Source of the DNA: Candidatus Falkowbacteria bacterium RIFOXYA2_FULL_38_12
GTDB taxonomy: Bacteria; Patescibacteriota; Patescibacteriia; XYB2-FULL-38-15
Length of the DNA: 64,000 nt
Assembly (NCBI GenBank): GCA_001778095.1
Contig: MFGA01000020.1
Coordinates: 75,805 to 139,804, forward strand
Direction of reading: 5' to 3'
Every line of letters begins with the position of its first letter. Positions within the stretch are counted from its first letter, which is position 1. The notes below the pieces were generated by a model. That model was not told where the DNA came from. It saw only the letters and a list, made by a program, of their open reading frames with translations, and did no database searches. The position numbers and the translations under genes are program-made. This document shows, in pieces, positions 27,154 through 36,036 of this stretch.

Positions 27154-27513
27154 ATGGAAAAATCATTGTTTTTAGCCCAAAAGAGAGGGCACCAGAAAAC
27201 AAACAAAAACATCAGCGCCAAACGAAAATTTTTTCTTAATGTTAAAGTTTTTAACATTTTTATTGTTATTGCCATTTGTTGTGGAGGAGTCTTATATCTC
27301 GCCAATATCAACAACACGGCAACCAAAGGGTTTAAAACCAAAGAATTAGAAGAAAAACAGGCATTTCTAAAAGAGAGCATAAAAAGAGCGGAGTTTCAAA
27401 CAGCTGATTTGCAATCAGTGCAGAAGATAAAAGAAAGAGTGAATTCTTTAAACATGGTCGCTGTCACTCGCACGGAATACGCAGGAACGGCGAGTACGGT
27501 CGCAGTGAAGTAA
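27154..27513 (+). CDS. FtsL-like / septum-formation-initiator-like small membrane protein
   Basis: 119 aa with a single TM helix followed by a coiled-coil-prone region. Sits in the mraZ-rsmH-ftsL position of a dcw cluster. Confidence 0.4.
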   Translation: MEKSLFLAQKRGHQKTNKNISAKRKFFLNVKVFNIFIVIAICCGGVLYLANINNTATKGFKTKELEEKQAFLKESIKRAEFQTADLQSVQKIKERVNSLNMVAVTRTEYAGTASTVAVK

Positions 27514-27532
27514 GGCATATATAGACAATATG

Positions 27533-27560
27533 GCCGCCAATTTGGCGGTTTTTTTATTTT
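27533..27560 (+). terminator. rho-independent terminator
   Basis: GCCGCCAAATTTGGCGG palindrome followed by TTTTTTTATTTTTT. Confidence 0.7.
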
Positions 27561-27612
27561 TTAGACTTGCCAAGAGGGGGAAGAAAAAGTAAGGTTAAGT
27601 AATAGTGGTAGT

Positions 27613-27687
27613 CTGTCATTCCCGCGAAGGCGGGAATCCACTCGCAATTATTTTAAAGTAGATTCCCGCCTTCGCGGGAATGACAAA
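27613..27687. repeat. twin GC hairpins with identical stems and complementary loops
   Basis: GTCATTCCCGC-gaag-GCGGGAATC and its exact reverse complement GATTCCCGC-cttc-GCGGGAATGAC, 21 nt apart. Overlaps the first annotated codons of tgt. Confidence 0.6.
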
Positions 27688-28852
27688 TGAGAGTATGTAT
27701 AGAATTCAAAAAAAATCAAAAACATCACAGGCGAGAGCGGGAATATTGGAGACAGCGCACGGAAAAGTGCAAACCCCGTTTTTTATGCCCATTGCAACTA
27801 AAGCATCTGTAAAGACTTTGGATAGTTTTGATTTGGAAAATTTTGGTGCAGAAATAATCTTATCCAACACATATTACTTAATGCTTCGGCCGGGTATTGA
27901 AGTTATAAAAAAGGCTAAGGGTTTGCATAAATTCATGAATTGGCCAAGAGCGATCCTGACTGACAGTGGGGGATATCAAGTTTTTTCTTTGGCTAAACAA
28001 AGAAAGATTAAAGAAGACGGAGTGGAATTCAGGTCGCATCTTGATGGCAAAAAATTTATTTTAACTCCGGAATTATCCTTGGAAATCCAAAAGAATTTAG
28101 GCGTGGATATTGCCATGATTTTGGACATTTGTTCCCCTTATCCTTGTTCAAAGGAAGACGCGGAAGAATCAATGAAATTGACGACAGAATGGGCGAAAAG
28201 AAGTAAAAAATTTAAATTAAAAAAAGGACAAATGAAATTTGGCATTGTCCAAGGAAGCGTTTATTCGGATTTACGTTTAAAATCAGCGGAAGATTTGGTT
28301 AAATTGGATTTTGACGGCTACGCAGTCGGGGGATTGGCGGTTGGCGAACCGAGAGAGGAAATGTTTAGGATATTAAAGGAAATTGTACCAAAATTGCCGG
28401 AAGACAAGCCACGCTATTTAATGGGCGTGGGCCAGCCGGAGGAGATTGTGGAAGCAGTCAGATCCGGCATTGATATGTTTGATTGTGTTCTGCCGACAAG
28501 AAATGCGCGACATGGGTTGCTTTATGTGTGGAAGAAAGTATCAAAATTAGTCCCTGAGTTTGTCGAAGGGCAATCAAAATTTCATCCTTTGACAGGCTCA
28601 GGAAATAAAATTTTGAAGGAATCTTTTTACGAAACAATCCATATCACCAACGAAAAATTTAAAAAAGATTTTTCTCCGCTGGATAAAAATTGTTCTTGCC
28701 ATACTTGCAAGAATTTTTCTCGCGCCTATCTCCGCCATCTTTTTGTCGCCGAAGAGCCACTTGCTCTGCGCCTCGCGACTATTCACAATGTTAATTTTTA
28801 TTTGGATTTGATGAGGAGGATTAGAGGGGAGATAAAGGAGGGAAATTTTTAG
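27680..28852 (+). CDS. tgt: queuine tRNA-ribosyltransferase
   Basis: ARAGILETAHGKVQTPFFMP aligns to the Tgt N-terminus. Catalytic Asp region LTDSGGYQV. Zinc site CSCHTC...H. The true start may be the downstream Met at 27698. Confidence 0.9.
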   Translation: MTNESMYRIQKKSKTSQARAGILETAHGKVQTPFFMPIATKASVKTLDSFDLENFGAEIILSNTYYLMLRPGIEVIKKAKGLHKFMNWPRAILTDSGGYQVFSLAKQRKIKEDGVEFRSHLDGKKFILTPELSLEIQKNLGVDIAMILDICSPYPCSKEDAEESMKLTTEWAKRSKKFKLKKGQMKFGIVQGSVYSDLRLKSAEDLVKLDFDGYAVGGLAVGEPREEMFRILKEIVPKLPEDKPRYLMGVGQPEEIVEAVRSGIDMFDCVLPTRNARHGLLYVWKKVSKLVPEFVEGQSKFHPLTGSGNKILKESFYETIHITNEKFKKDFSPLDKNCSCHTCKNFSRAYLRHLFVAEEPLALRLATIHNVNFYLDLMRRIRGEIKEGNF

Positions 28853-29106
28853 AAATAAAAAAACGTTAGTTTTGAGGATAAACTAACAAACCTTCACGCC
28901 GTCAGAGACATAAATAAATACAAATAATAGAAATAATACTAAGGATCCAAAAAATTATACTAAAAGCAAAAATAACATCATCGTACTTATTCATTATCTC
29001 CTCCATAGTTGTTATGGAGAATTTTATCACGGGGGGGTATTGTCAAGAGTTTGTATTTTTTTATTCGTATTTTTCGTAAAATTTCGTAATTTCGCAGAGG
29101 ATTTAT

Positions 29107-29117
29107 TTTGTGCTATA
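29107..29117 (+). promoter_or_regulatory. extended -10 promoter element (TGcTATAAT)
   Basis: TGTGCTATAAT located 11 nt upstream of the ATG at 29128. Confidence 0.4.
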
Positions 29118-29127
29118 ATAACCTAAT

Positions 29128-29496
29128 ATGGCACAGGCGAATATTGGAGTTTTAATAAAAAGTATTTTGCAGGATAAGGCAAAAGAGATTTTGTATTTTC
29201 CTTTTTGGTGGTACGGAAAAGGATTTTTGATTGCGCTTAATTTTTTATGGGAAAAAATAAGGGGAATGGAAGCGAGACTGGGATTGAAAATCTGGGCAAA
29301 GAATTTGTTTACGCCGATGTTTGGGCAAAGAGATTTTGCCGGAATTGCCATTAGTTTTTTTATGCGCGTCGTCCAAATCATTGGACGTTTTTTCATTTTA
29401 GTTTTATGGATGATTTTAATGGCAGGTTTATTGCTCCTTTGGCTGGGTCTGCCGATTTTTGTGGTTTTGGGGATTGTTATTAATTTGGTTGCGTAA
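29128..29496 (+). CDS. hypothetical membrane protein
   Basis: 122 aa. Two hydrophobic helices at the C-terminus. Confidence 0.35.
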   Translation: MAQANIGVLIKSILQDKAKEILYFPFWWYGKGFLIALNFLWEKIRGMEARLGLKIWAKNLFTPMFGQRDFAGIAISFFMRVVQIIGRFFILVLWMILMAGLLLLWLGLPIFVVLGIVINLVA

Positions 29497-29526
29497 TTTT
29501 TTCATTAAATTTTAAATAACAAAAAT

Positions 29527-30459
29527 ATGTCGCAAGAAAAATGGCGGTTAGAACAATCTCGGGAAAAAAGGGATGGGATGGTTGTTGAAGAAATGACTGA
29601 AATTATGCAAAAATATGGATTATCAACACGAGAATTAGCTGACATTGTCAGTGGTATGGTTAGTCAAGAGCAACAAGATCAGCATGATTTGCCAGAAAGG
29701 GAGACTGGAGGGTTAGTGGGGGCCAAAAAAGAGGCCGGGGAGCCGAAAATAGAAAACTATAAGAATCTGTTAAGTTACGCTCGCGATAGCCTAGCTAGAG
29801 TTAAACAAGAGTTAAATTCCAGAGAAGGATCCGCTTTGTATGTGGTGGAAGATCATCTTTGTAGTTTAAATAGGCTTATTGAGGATAGCAATTCTTTTCT
29901 TCGGGATGTGGAGAGAGGCGAGAGAAAATTGGAATTTAGTGTACAGAGATATTGGTTAAAAATTATTCGCCTTAAACTTATATTTGAAGCATTTTTTTTA
30001 CAGTCTCCCTACGTTAGAACAGTCTTTAACGAAGAAGACTGGTCTAAAATATTATCTTTGCATAAAACATTTGAGAGGATAACTAGAAAAATGGATAATT
30101 ATTTCAGAGATTATTTAGGAGTAGAGTTTGATGATAAAGTTGAGCTTTTTAAAAAAGTACCAGAGGGTGCAAAGACTATGGCAGCTGGCGATGATCATTT
30201 GACAACACTGGTTTCTGGTTTGGCAACGAAGAGCCCAAATCTTGGAAAGAGAATGAGTAAAACTGCGAGCGACGCATTTGAGAAAGCGGGTGGTGGCCGG
30301 GCGGGAATGATTATAGATATTCAGACGATAGGGTATAGAAAGAGCGGTCAACAAGTTGAAGAAACTGTTTTTGGGGTATATCATCCTTCGTGTAGGATTT
30401 ATAGTAAAAAGAGAATATTCAGTAAAATTACATGCTTAAAATGCCAAACAATTTTTTAA
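29527..30459 (+). CDS. hypothetical protein (Cys-rich C-terminus)
   Basis: 310-aa ORF. Its 3' end overlaps the start of the ClpC-like gene by 28 nt in another frame. Confidence 0.35.
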   Translation: MSQEKWRLEQSREKRDGMVVEEMTEIMQKYGLSTRELADIVSGMVSQEQQDQHDLPERETGGLVGAKKEAGEPKIENYKNLLSYARDSLARVKQELNSREGSALYVVEDHLCSLNRLIEDSNSFLRDVERGERKLEFSVQRYWLKIIRLKLIFEAFFLQSPYVRTVFNEEDWSKILSLHKTFERITRKMDNYFRDYLGVEFDDKVELFKKVPEGAKTMAAGDDHLTTLVSGLATKSPNLGKRMSKTASDAFEKAGGGRAGMIIDIQTIGYRKSGQQVEETVFGVYHPSCRIYSKKRIFSKITCLKCQTIF

Positions 30460-33203
30460 ACTGCGCCGCGTGCGCTGGAAGCGGAAAAATCGGAGGAGGG
30501 AAGTGCCTTTCCTGCCATGGTTTGGGTATGGGAATTTATAGAGACAAAAAATTTCTATATTGGAATAAAATAATTACAAATCAGGAGTTGGAAAAGAAAA
30601 AAGCGGAGAAATTCTTAAAATTATTTTTAAATGGGATATCTTTTGTTTTTAGCGTTCTGGCTACTCTACTTTTACTTTGGCAAATAGTGGAAAACAGTTT
30701 TTTTGGCCAGATTTTTACCTTATCTTTTTGGATTTCGGGCAGTCCGGTCGTAACCTTATTTTTGGTTTCTTTATTGGTTGACGCTTATTTAATTTATCGT
30801 TTTTCCGAAGAAATTGCCCAAAAGGCGAAGATTGAGAAAAAAGAATATCAAGACAAGGAGGGAGAGAAAAAAGAGGAGGTAATGGAAACTCTTCCGTCCG
30901 ACTGGGTTTCCGTGCGCGATTTATCAAGCAAAATAAAAATAAATGTTGCCGATACTTTTACTTTTGATGCCCAAAAAGCCGTAGAGGATGCTTTTTTTGT
31001 GGCCACAAAATTTAATCATGGTAAAATTTTGCCATTGCATCTTTTTATAGCTCTTCTTTTTTCCAAAAAGGCGGCAATAGTTTTTGGAAGATTGGGAGTG
31101 AATTTAAAAGAAATGCAGGAAAAACTAGGCCGACAAATATCTTCTGTGGGTGAACTTCTTGCGGAAGGTCAAGAGTCGGTTTTTAGCGAAGAATTAATCC
31201 AATTATTTTTTGATGGATATTTTGAAGCCTACAATTCAAGGCGAGAACAGATTGATATTGCCGAACTTTTGCTCGTTGTTTCCAGATCTAATCCAATCAT
31301 TCAAGAATTGCTTTATGAATATGAAGTTGATCTTGATAAGTTGAAAAACGTAGTGGAGTGGCTTAGGATTTCCGAATTTTTAAGAAAAAGATGGCAAAAA
31401 ACAAGAACGCTGGCGAGATTAAAGCCGGGGGGCACAATGTCGCGGGCAATGACAGCTGTGGCCACGCCATATTTGGATCGTTTCAGTCAGGATTATACAA
31501 TGATGGCAAAATACGGATATTTCGCGCCGTGTCTCGGCAGGGAAAAAGAAATTGAGGAAATTTTTAGAATTATAGAAGGCGGTCGGCAGAGCGTTATTTT
31601 AATCGGTAATCCGGGAATAGGAAAATCGGCAATCCTCGAAGGTATTGCCCAAAGGATGGTGGAAGAAGATGTGCCGAAAATTTTGCAAGACAAAAGATTA
31701 GTAAATTTAAATATCGGACAATTGGTTGCCGGAGCGACGGCTTCTGAAGTTCAAAAAAGATTGTTGATGATTTGCGATGAAATAGCCCGCGCGGGAAATA
31801 TCATTCTTTGCATTCAGGATATTGAAGGAATGATCGGAATTACTTCCGGCGATAAAGAGAGTATTGATTTATCAAGAGTTTTGGCTGATGAATTGTCGCA
31901 AGGTTATTTTTTTGCGATTGCTTCGGCAAGATCCGGAGTGTATGGTCAATACATTGAAAACTCTTCGTTGGGGGCGGTTTTGCAAAAGGTGACAATAGAA
32001 GAGCCGGATACTAATGGAGCGATCCAAATTTTGGAAGGTAAGGCCGGAGCGATTGAATATCAAAACAAAGTGGTTTTTTCTTATGACGCTATTTCCAAGG
32101 CGGTGATTTTGTCCGGTCGTTATTTGCACGACAGATATTTACCGGAAAAAGCCATAGAAATAATGAGAGAAGTAGCACATTATGCGGCAGGGAAACGCGG
32201 AGTGGGGACAATCGTTGTCGGGGAAGATGTGGCTGAAGTAATCGCGCAAAAAACCAAAATACCAGTAACCGCGGTAAATGAAGTTGAATCGGAAAAATTA
32301 TTGCGCCTGGAAGAAGAAATGCATAAGCGAGTGATTGGTCAAGAAGAAGCGATTAAAATGATTGCCGCGGCGCTTCGTCGGGCGAGAGCGGAAATTCGCG
32401 AGGCTAAGCGACCGATTGCCAACTTTTTATTTTTGGGACCGACCGGTGTAGGAAAAACCGAAACGGCAAAAACAGTTTCCGAGGTTTATTTTGGCGATGA
32501 GAGAAATATGATTCGGCTTGATATGTCAGAATATCAAGATCAAGCCAGTATTTATCGCTTGATCGGCGCGCCGGCAGGAAATTCAGCCGGACTTTTGACC
32601 GAGGCGGTGCGTAAAAATCCTTTTACTTTGGTTTTGCTGGATGAAATAGAAAAATCCCATCCGGATATTTTGAATGTTTTTTTGCAAGTTATGGATGACG
32701 GTCGCCTGACCGATAACTTGGGTCGAACGGTTGATTTTACTAATGTTATTTTAATTGCCACTTCCAATGCCGGTTCTCCGGCGATTCAAGACGGAATAAA
32801 GCAAGGATTGACTATTGAAGCGGTCAAAGAGCAACTTATAAATACGGAATTAAAGCCATATTTCAGACCGGAGTTTTTAAATCGTTTTGACGGGATTGTT
32901 GTTTACCGTCCGCTTACCAGTCCGGAAATAGAACAAATTGCCGGCTTGATGCTTGCCAAAATCGGGAAACAGTTGGAGAATAAGCGGGGGATTGTTCTTG
33001 AGGTTACGGGCGAAGCTGTGCGCGAACTAGCCGCGGCTGGTTTTGATCCTGCTTTTGGAGCAAGACCATTACGTCGAGTGATTCAGGAAAAAGTTGAGGA
33101 TGGCTTGACTAATCTTATTTTGACGAAGAAAATTGAAAGAAGAGATAAAGTTATTTTGGAAGTTGGGGGAAATTTTAGAATAGAAAAGGGGAGAGTGTTA
33201 TAA
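30432..33203 (+). CDS. membrane-anchored ClpC/ClpB-like AAA+ ATPase with N-terminal DnaJ-type zinc-finger motifs
   Basis: Two AAA+ modules (Walker A GNPGIGKS and GPTGVGKT, sensor and arginine-finger regions). Clp_N-like repeats. N-terminus carries CAACAGSG and CLSCHGLG (CxxCxGxG) followed by two TM helices. Confidence 0.8.
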   Translation: MLKMPNNFLNCAACAGSGKIGGGKCLSCHGLGMGIYRDKKFLYWNKIITNQELEKKKAEKFLKLFLNGISFVFSVLATLLLLWQIVENSFFGQIFTLSFWISGSPVVTLFLVSLLVDAYLIYRFSEEIAQKAKIEKKEYQDKEGEKKEEVMETLPSDWVSVRDLSSKIKINVADTFTFDAQKAVEDAFFVATKFNHGKILPLHLFIALLFSKKAAIVFGRLGVNLKEMQEKLGRQISSVGELLAEGQESVFSEELIQLFFDGYFEAYNSRREQIDIAELLLVVSRSNPIIQELLYEYEVDLDKLKNVVEWLRISEFLRKRWQKTRTLARLKPGGTMSRAMTAVATPYLDRFSQDYTMMAKYGYFAPCLGREKEIEEIFRIIEGGRQSVILIGNPGIGKSAILEGIAQRMVEEDVPKILQDKRLVNLNIGQLVAGATASEVQKRLLMICDEIARAGNIILCIQDIEGMIGITSGDKESIDLSRVLADELSQGYFFAIASARSGVYGQYIENSSLGAVLQKVTIEEPDTNGAIQILEGKAGAIEYQNKVVFSYDAISKAVILSGRYLHDRYLPEKAIEIMREVAHYAAGKRGVGTIVVGEDVAEVIAQKTKIPVTAVNEVESEKLLRLEEEMHKRVIGQEEAIKMIAAALRRARAEIREAKRPIANFLFLGPTGVGKTETAKTVSEVYFGDERNMIRLDMSEYQDQASIYRLIGAPAGNSAGLLTEAVRKNPFTLVLLDEIEKSHPDILNVFLQVMDDGRLTDNLGRTVDFTNVILIATSNAGSPAIQDGIKQGLTIEAVKEQLINTELKPYFRPEFLNRFDGIVVYRPLTSPEIEQIAGLMLAKIGKQLENKRGIVLEVTGEAVRELAAAGFDPAFGARPLRRVIQEKVEDGLTNLILTKKIERRDKVILEVGGNFRIEKGRVL

Positions 33204-33270
33204 GTTAAAGGTTAAAAGTGAAAAATGAAAAGTTGCAACTTCTCACTTTTAACTTTTCATTTTTCACTTT
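33203..33270. repeat. AAAGTGAAAA/GTTAAAAGT palindromic element
   Basis: gttaaaggttaaaagtgaaaaatgaaaagtt + gcaa + cttctcacttttaacttttcatttttcacttt (near-perfect hairpin). Confidence 0.75.
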
Positions 33271-33272
33271 AT

Positions 33273-34349
33273 ATGTATTTTCTCGCGTTCATTGCCGCGT
33301 TTTTATTGGCAGTTTTTTTTACTTATTTCGTCCGGAAAATTGCGTTTAGATTTAATGTTGTGGACACGCCGGGCGGAGAAAGGAAAATTCACAAAAAGCC
33401 AATTCCGCTTTTGGGCGGTTTGGCGATTTTTTTGTCGTTTTTTTTAGTTCTCGGTTTTTTTCTTTTTTTCACGGATAAAATTTTAGCCGGACAAATTTTA
33501 GCAAAACATTTTCTCGGCATTTTTATCGGCGGTGTTTTTTTAATGATTGGCGGAGTTCTGGATGACAAGTACAATTTAAGGGCAAGGTGGCAGCTCGTTT
33601 GGCCGATCCTTGCGGCGATAGCGGTAATTGTGAGTGGTATTGGGGTAAACTATGTTACGAACCCCTTTGGGGGCCTAGTACAGCTTGATAGCTTAAAATT
33701 TGTTCTTTTTAATTTTGACGGGGTTCCCTATAAAATAACTTTGTTGTCCGATGTTTTTACTTTTCTTTGGCTAATGGGAATGATGTATACGACAAAACTT
33801 TTGGACGGACTTGATGGGCTTGTCTCGGGCGTGACCACAATCGGCGCGGTTATTATTTGTTTTGTCAGTTTGATGTCAGAAGTTTCCCAGCCGGAAACGG
33901 CTATTTTGGCCATCGCCTTAGCCGGAGCCTTTGCCGGTTTTTTGATTTGGAATTTCAACCCCGCAAAAATTTTTCTGGGAGAAAGCGGGAGTATTTTTGC
34001 CGGATTTATGCTGGGATCTTTATCTATCATCGCCGGCGGTAAAATTGCCACAACGCTTTTAATTATGGGTTTGCCAATTATAGATGTTTTGATTGTTATT
34101 ATCCAAAGATTATTCAAGTCAAAAAAGATTTTCGCGGCGGATAAAAGGCATCTCCATTTTAGACTCCTTGAAGCCGGTCTAACTCAAAGGCAAGTCGTTC
34201 TAGTTCTTTATGGTATTACTTTTATTTTTGGAATTTCCACGCTAGTTTTAAAAACAGAAGGAAAGATTTTTGCTTTGGGCGCATTGTTTTTACTGGCGAT
34301 AGTTTTGACAGTTGTTTTGTTGAAGAGAAATAAAGAGGGCTTAGAATAA
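33273..34349 (+). CDS. glycosyltransferase family 4 polyprenyl-phosphate HexNAc-1-phosphate transferase (WecA/MraY family)
   Basis: VVDTPGGERKIHKKPIPLLGG (WecA-like) and multiple TM helices. The ORF-table start at 33225 translates the palindromic element and was rejected. Confidence 0.75.
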   Translation: MYFLAFIAAFLLAVFFTYFVRKIAFRFNVVDTPGGERKIHKKPIPLLGGLAIFLSFFLVLGFFLFFTDKILAGQILAKHFLGIFIGGVFLMIGGVLDDKYNLRARWQLVWPILAAIAVIVSGIGVNYVTNPFGGLVQLDSLKFVLFNFDGVPYKITLLSDVFTFLWLMGMMYTTKLLDGLDGLVSGVTTIGAVIICFVSLMSEVSQPETAILAIALAGAFAGFLIWNFNPAKIFLGESGSIFAGFMLGSLSIIAGGKIATTLLIMGLPIIDVLIVIIQRLFKSKKIFAADKRHLHFRLLEAGLTQRQVVLVLYGITFIFGISTLVLKTEGKIFALGALFLLAIVLTVVLLKRNKEGLE

Positions 34350-34388
34350 GATTTTAAGATATTTTATTAATAAATAATTTAAAAACAT

Positions 34389-34745
34389 ATGGGCATTCAA
34401 GTGGAATTCAATCCAGATTTAGCATTAAGAGATATTTCTGAATTCAAAAAAGGAAATCGAAAAGTGGAAGAATGTATCCCGGAAAATTTAGAAGCTGGAA
34501 AAGCATATCCTTTTTTTAAGAAAGATCAAAGAAATTATTGGTTGTTTGGCGAAATTCCTTTATTGCAGACAAAGGGGAACGGAGTTTTATCTAGACCAAG
34601 AGCAAGTATCGTGATGCTTGAAGCAACTCATTTCTTGGTTGACGGAGAAGTGTATACTAGGGGGAAATATAAGGTTGTCGAAGTATTCAGGGATAATAAA
34701 ATATATTTTGAAGGATTAGATCGAGTTGGTTCTAAAAATTTCTAA
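34389..34745 (+). CDS. hypothetical protein
   Basis: 118-aa ORF with no recognisable motifs. Confidence 0.3.
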   Translation: MGIQVEFNPDLALRDISEFKKGNRKVEECIPENLEAGKAYPFFKKDQRNYWLFGEIPLLQTKGNGVLSRPRASIVMLEATHFLVDGEVYTRGKYKVVEVFRDNKIYFEGLDRVGSKNF

Positions 34746-34840
34746 CTGGAGAGACTCCGTTTCATTTTACGCCACGTGTGTTATTAATATTTCCAAAAAT
34801 AAAACATCTATGCTAAGATAAATTAATAATTAAATTGATT

Positions 34841-34954
34841 TTAATCCAATATGGGACAAAATAGCGCGGCAAAAGCAAGAACAAAACACGCTCACAAAAA
34901 CACGAAGATTGGCAAGAAATTGGCGGAACATACCAAAAGGCTGAGAAAGAAAGG
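34841..34954 (+). CDS. small highly basic protein (37 aa), unannotated in ORF track
   Basis: MGQNSAAKARTKHAHKNTKIGKKLAEHTKRLRKKGHG. ATG preceded by an AT-rich region. Below the ORF-track length cutoff. Confidence 0.3.
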
Positions 34955-34989
34955 GCACGGCTAAGAGAAAAAATGCAGAGATGATTTTT

Positions 34990-35080
34990 TGTTTCCCCTC
35001 CCTTGATGGGAGGGGCTAGGGGAGGGTGGTCGTATAAATTCACCCCCACCTAACCTCCCCCATCGAGGGGGAGGAAATTT
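34990..35080. repeat. paired GC-rich hairpin element (CCCCTCCC-loop-GGGAGGGG family)
   Basis: CCCCTCCC-ttgat-GGGAGGGG, a middle GGTGG/CCACC stem, then CCTCCCCC-atcga-GGGGGAGG. Confidence 0.65.
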
Positions 35081-35092
35081 GGTGATAATTTT

Positions 35093-35533
35093 ATGGAAAA
35101 ATTTTATTCAATTGTTTTTGGCGTCATTTTAGTGACAGCAGTAGTCATGAAAGTCGGCCAATATTCCAATGAGCATGGCAGGGTTATTGTCGGTGAAGAT
35201 AAGATAAAGGTTGAAATTGTCAGTCAATTGACATCAAGGCAGAAAATGTTGGATTGGCAGGAAGATATGGACAAAGACAATGGGCTTCTCTTTGTTTTGG
35301 ATAAGCCGTCCGAGACTACAGCTTGGTTAAACGAGCTACGATTGCCGGCTGATATCATTTGGCTCCAGAATGGGCAAATAATTGATCTTGCCCCAAATCT
35401 ACCGGCAATTGGTAGTGATTTGCTTGATGGCTACAAAACCCCAAAACCGGCCACTCATATTTTAGAAATCGGTTCCGGTTTTGTGGATAAGTACGACCTA
35501 AAAATCGGGGATAGGCTGGAGATTGAGATATAG
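35093..35533 (+). CDS. DUF192 (COG1430) family protein
   Basis: N-terminal TM helix. GLLFVLDKP...AWLNELRLPADIIWL...ATHILEI...IGDRLEI fits the DUF192 pattern. Confidence 0.5.
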   Translation: MEKFYSIVFGVILVTAVVMKVGQYSNEHGRVIVGEDKIKVEIVSQLTSRQKMLDWQEDMDKDNGLLFVLDKPSETTAWLNELRLPADIIWLQNGQIIDLAPNLPAIGSDLLDGYKTPKPATHILEIGSGFVDKYDLKIGDRLEIEI

Positions 35534-35619
35534 AAACGGCTTATTTTAGATTATAATTGACAAAAAATGAGATAAATGTTTAAATTGTTGAATATTTTTA
35601 TATTACTAAAATTATCATT

Positions 35620-35931
35620 ATGTTCGCTATAATTAAAACCGGAGGAAAGCAATACAAGGTAAAACAAGGGGAAACCTTGAAAATAGAAAAAATCGTCGGA
35701 AATGTCGGCGATAAGGTTGATTTTGACAAGGTTCTTTTGCTAGCCGACGAGGAAGGAAAAGACGTTAAAATTGGAAAACCAATGTTGTTGGGAGCTAAAG
35801 TTTCCGCCGAGATATTGGAGCAGGGGAGAGATAAAAAAGTGAATGTCATTAAATATAAACCAAAGGTTCGCTATAGAAGAAAAGCCGGACACAGACAGAT
35901 GTTTACGAAAGTAAAAGTGGTTGGTATCTAG
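35620..35931 (+). CDS. rplU: 50S ribosomal protein L21
   Basis: MFAIIKTGGKQYKVKQGETLKIEKI, the canonical L21 start. 103 aa. Confidence 0.85.
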   Translation: MFAIIKTGGKQYKVKQGETLKIEKIVGNVGDKVDFDKVLLLADEEGKDVKIGKPMLLGAKVSAEILEQGRDKKVNVIKYKPKVRYRRKAGHRQMFTKVKVVGI

Positions 35932-35948
35932 TAGTTGGTATAAATTAA

Positions 35949-35978
35949 AATGCTCATCCGAAAGGATGGGCATTTTTT
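35949..35978 (+). terminator. rho-independent terminator after rplU
   Basis: ATGCTCATCC-gaaa-GGATGGGCAT followed by TTTTTT. Confidence 0.75.
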
Positions 35979-36036
35979 AAATTTTAAAATCTAAATGAAT
36001 CACGAATCATGATTCTTGATTCGTGATTCAGAACAA

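Noticed and set aside
33225-33272. Upstream start for the WecA/MraY-family gene (MKSCNFSLLTFHFSLY)
   Set aside because: It translates the palindromic repeat element 33203..33270. The first hydrophobic helix begins at the Met at 33273.
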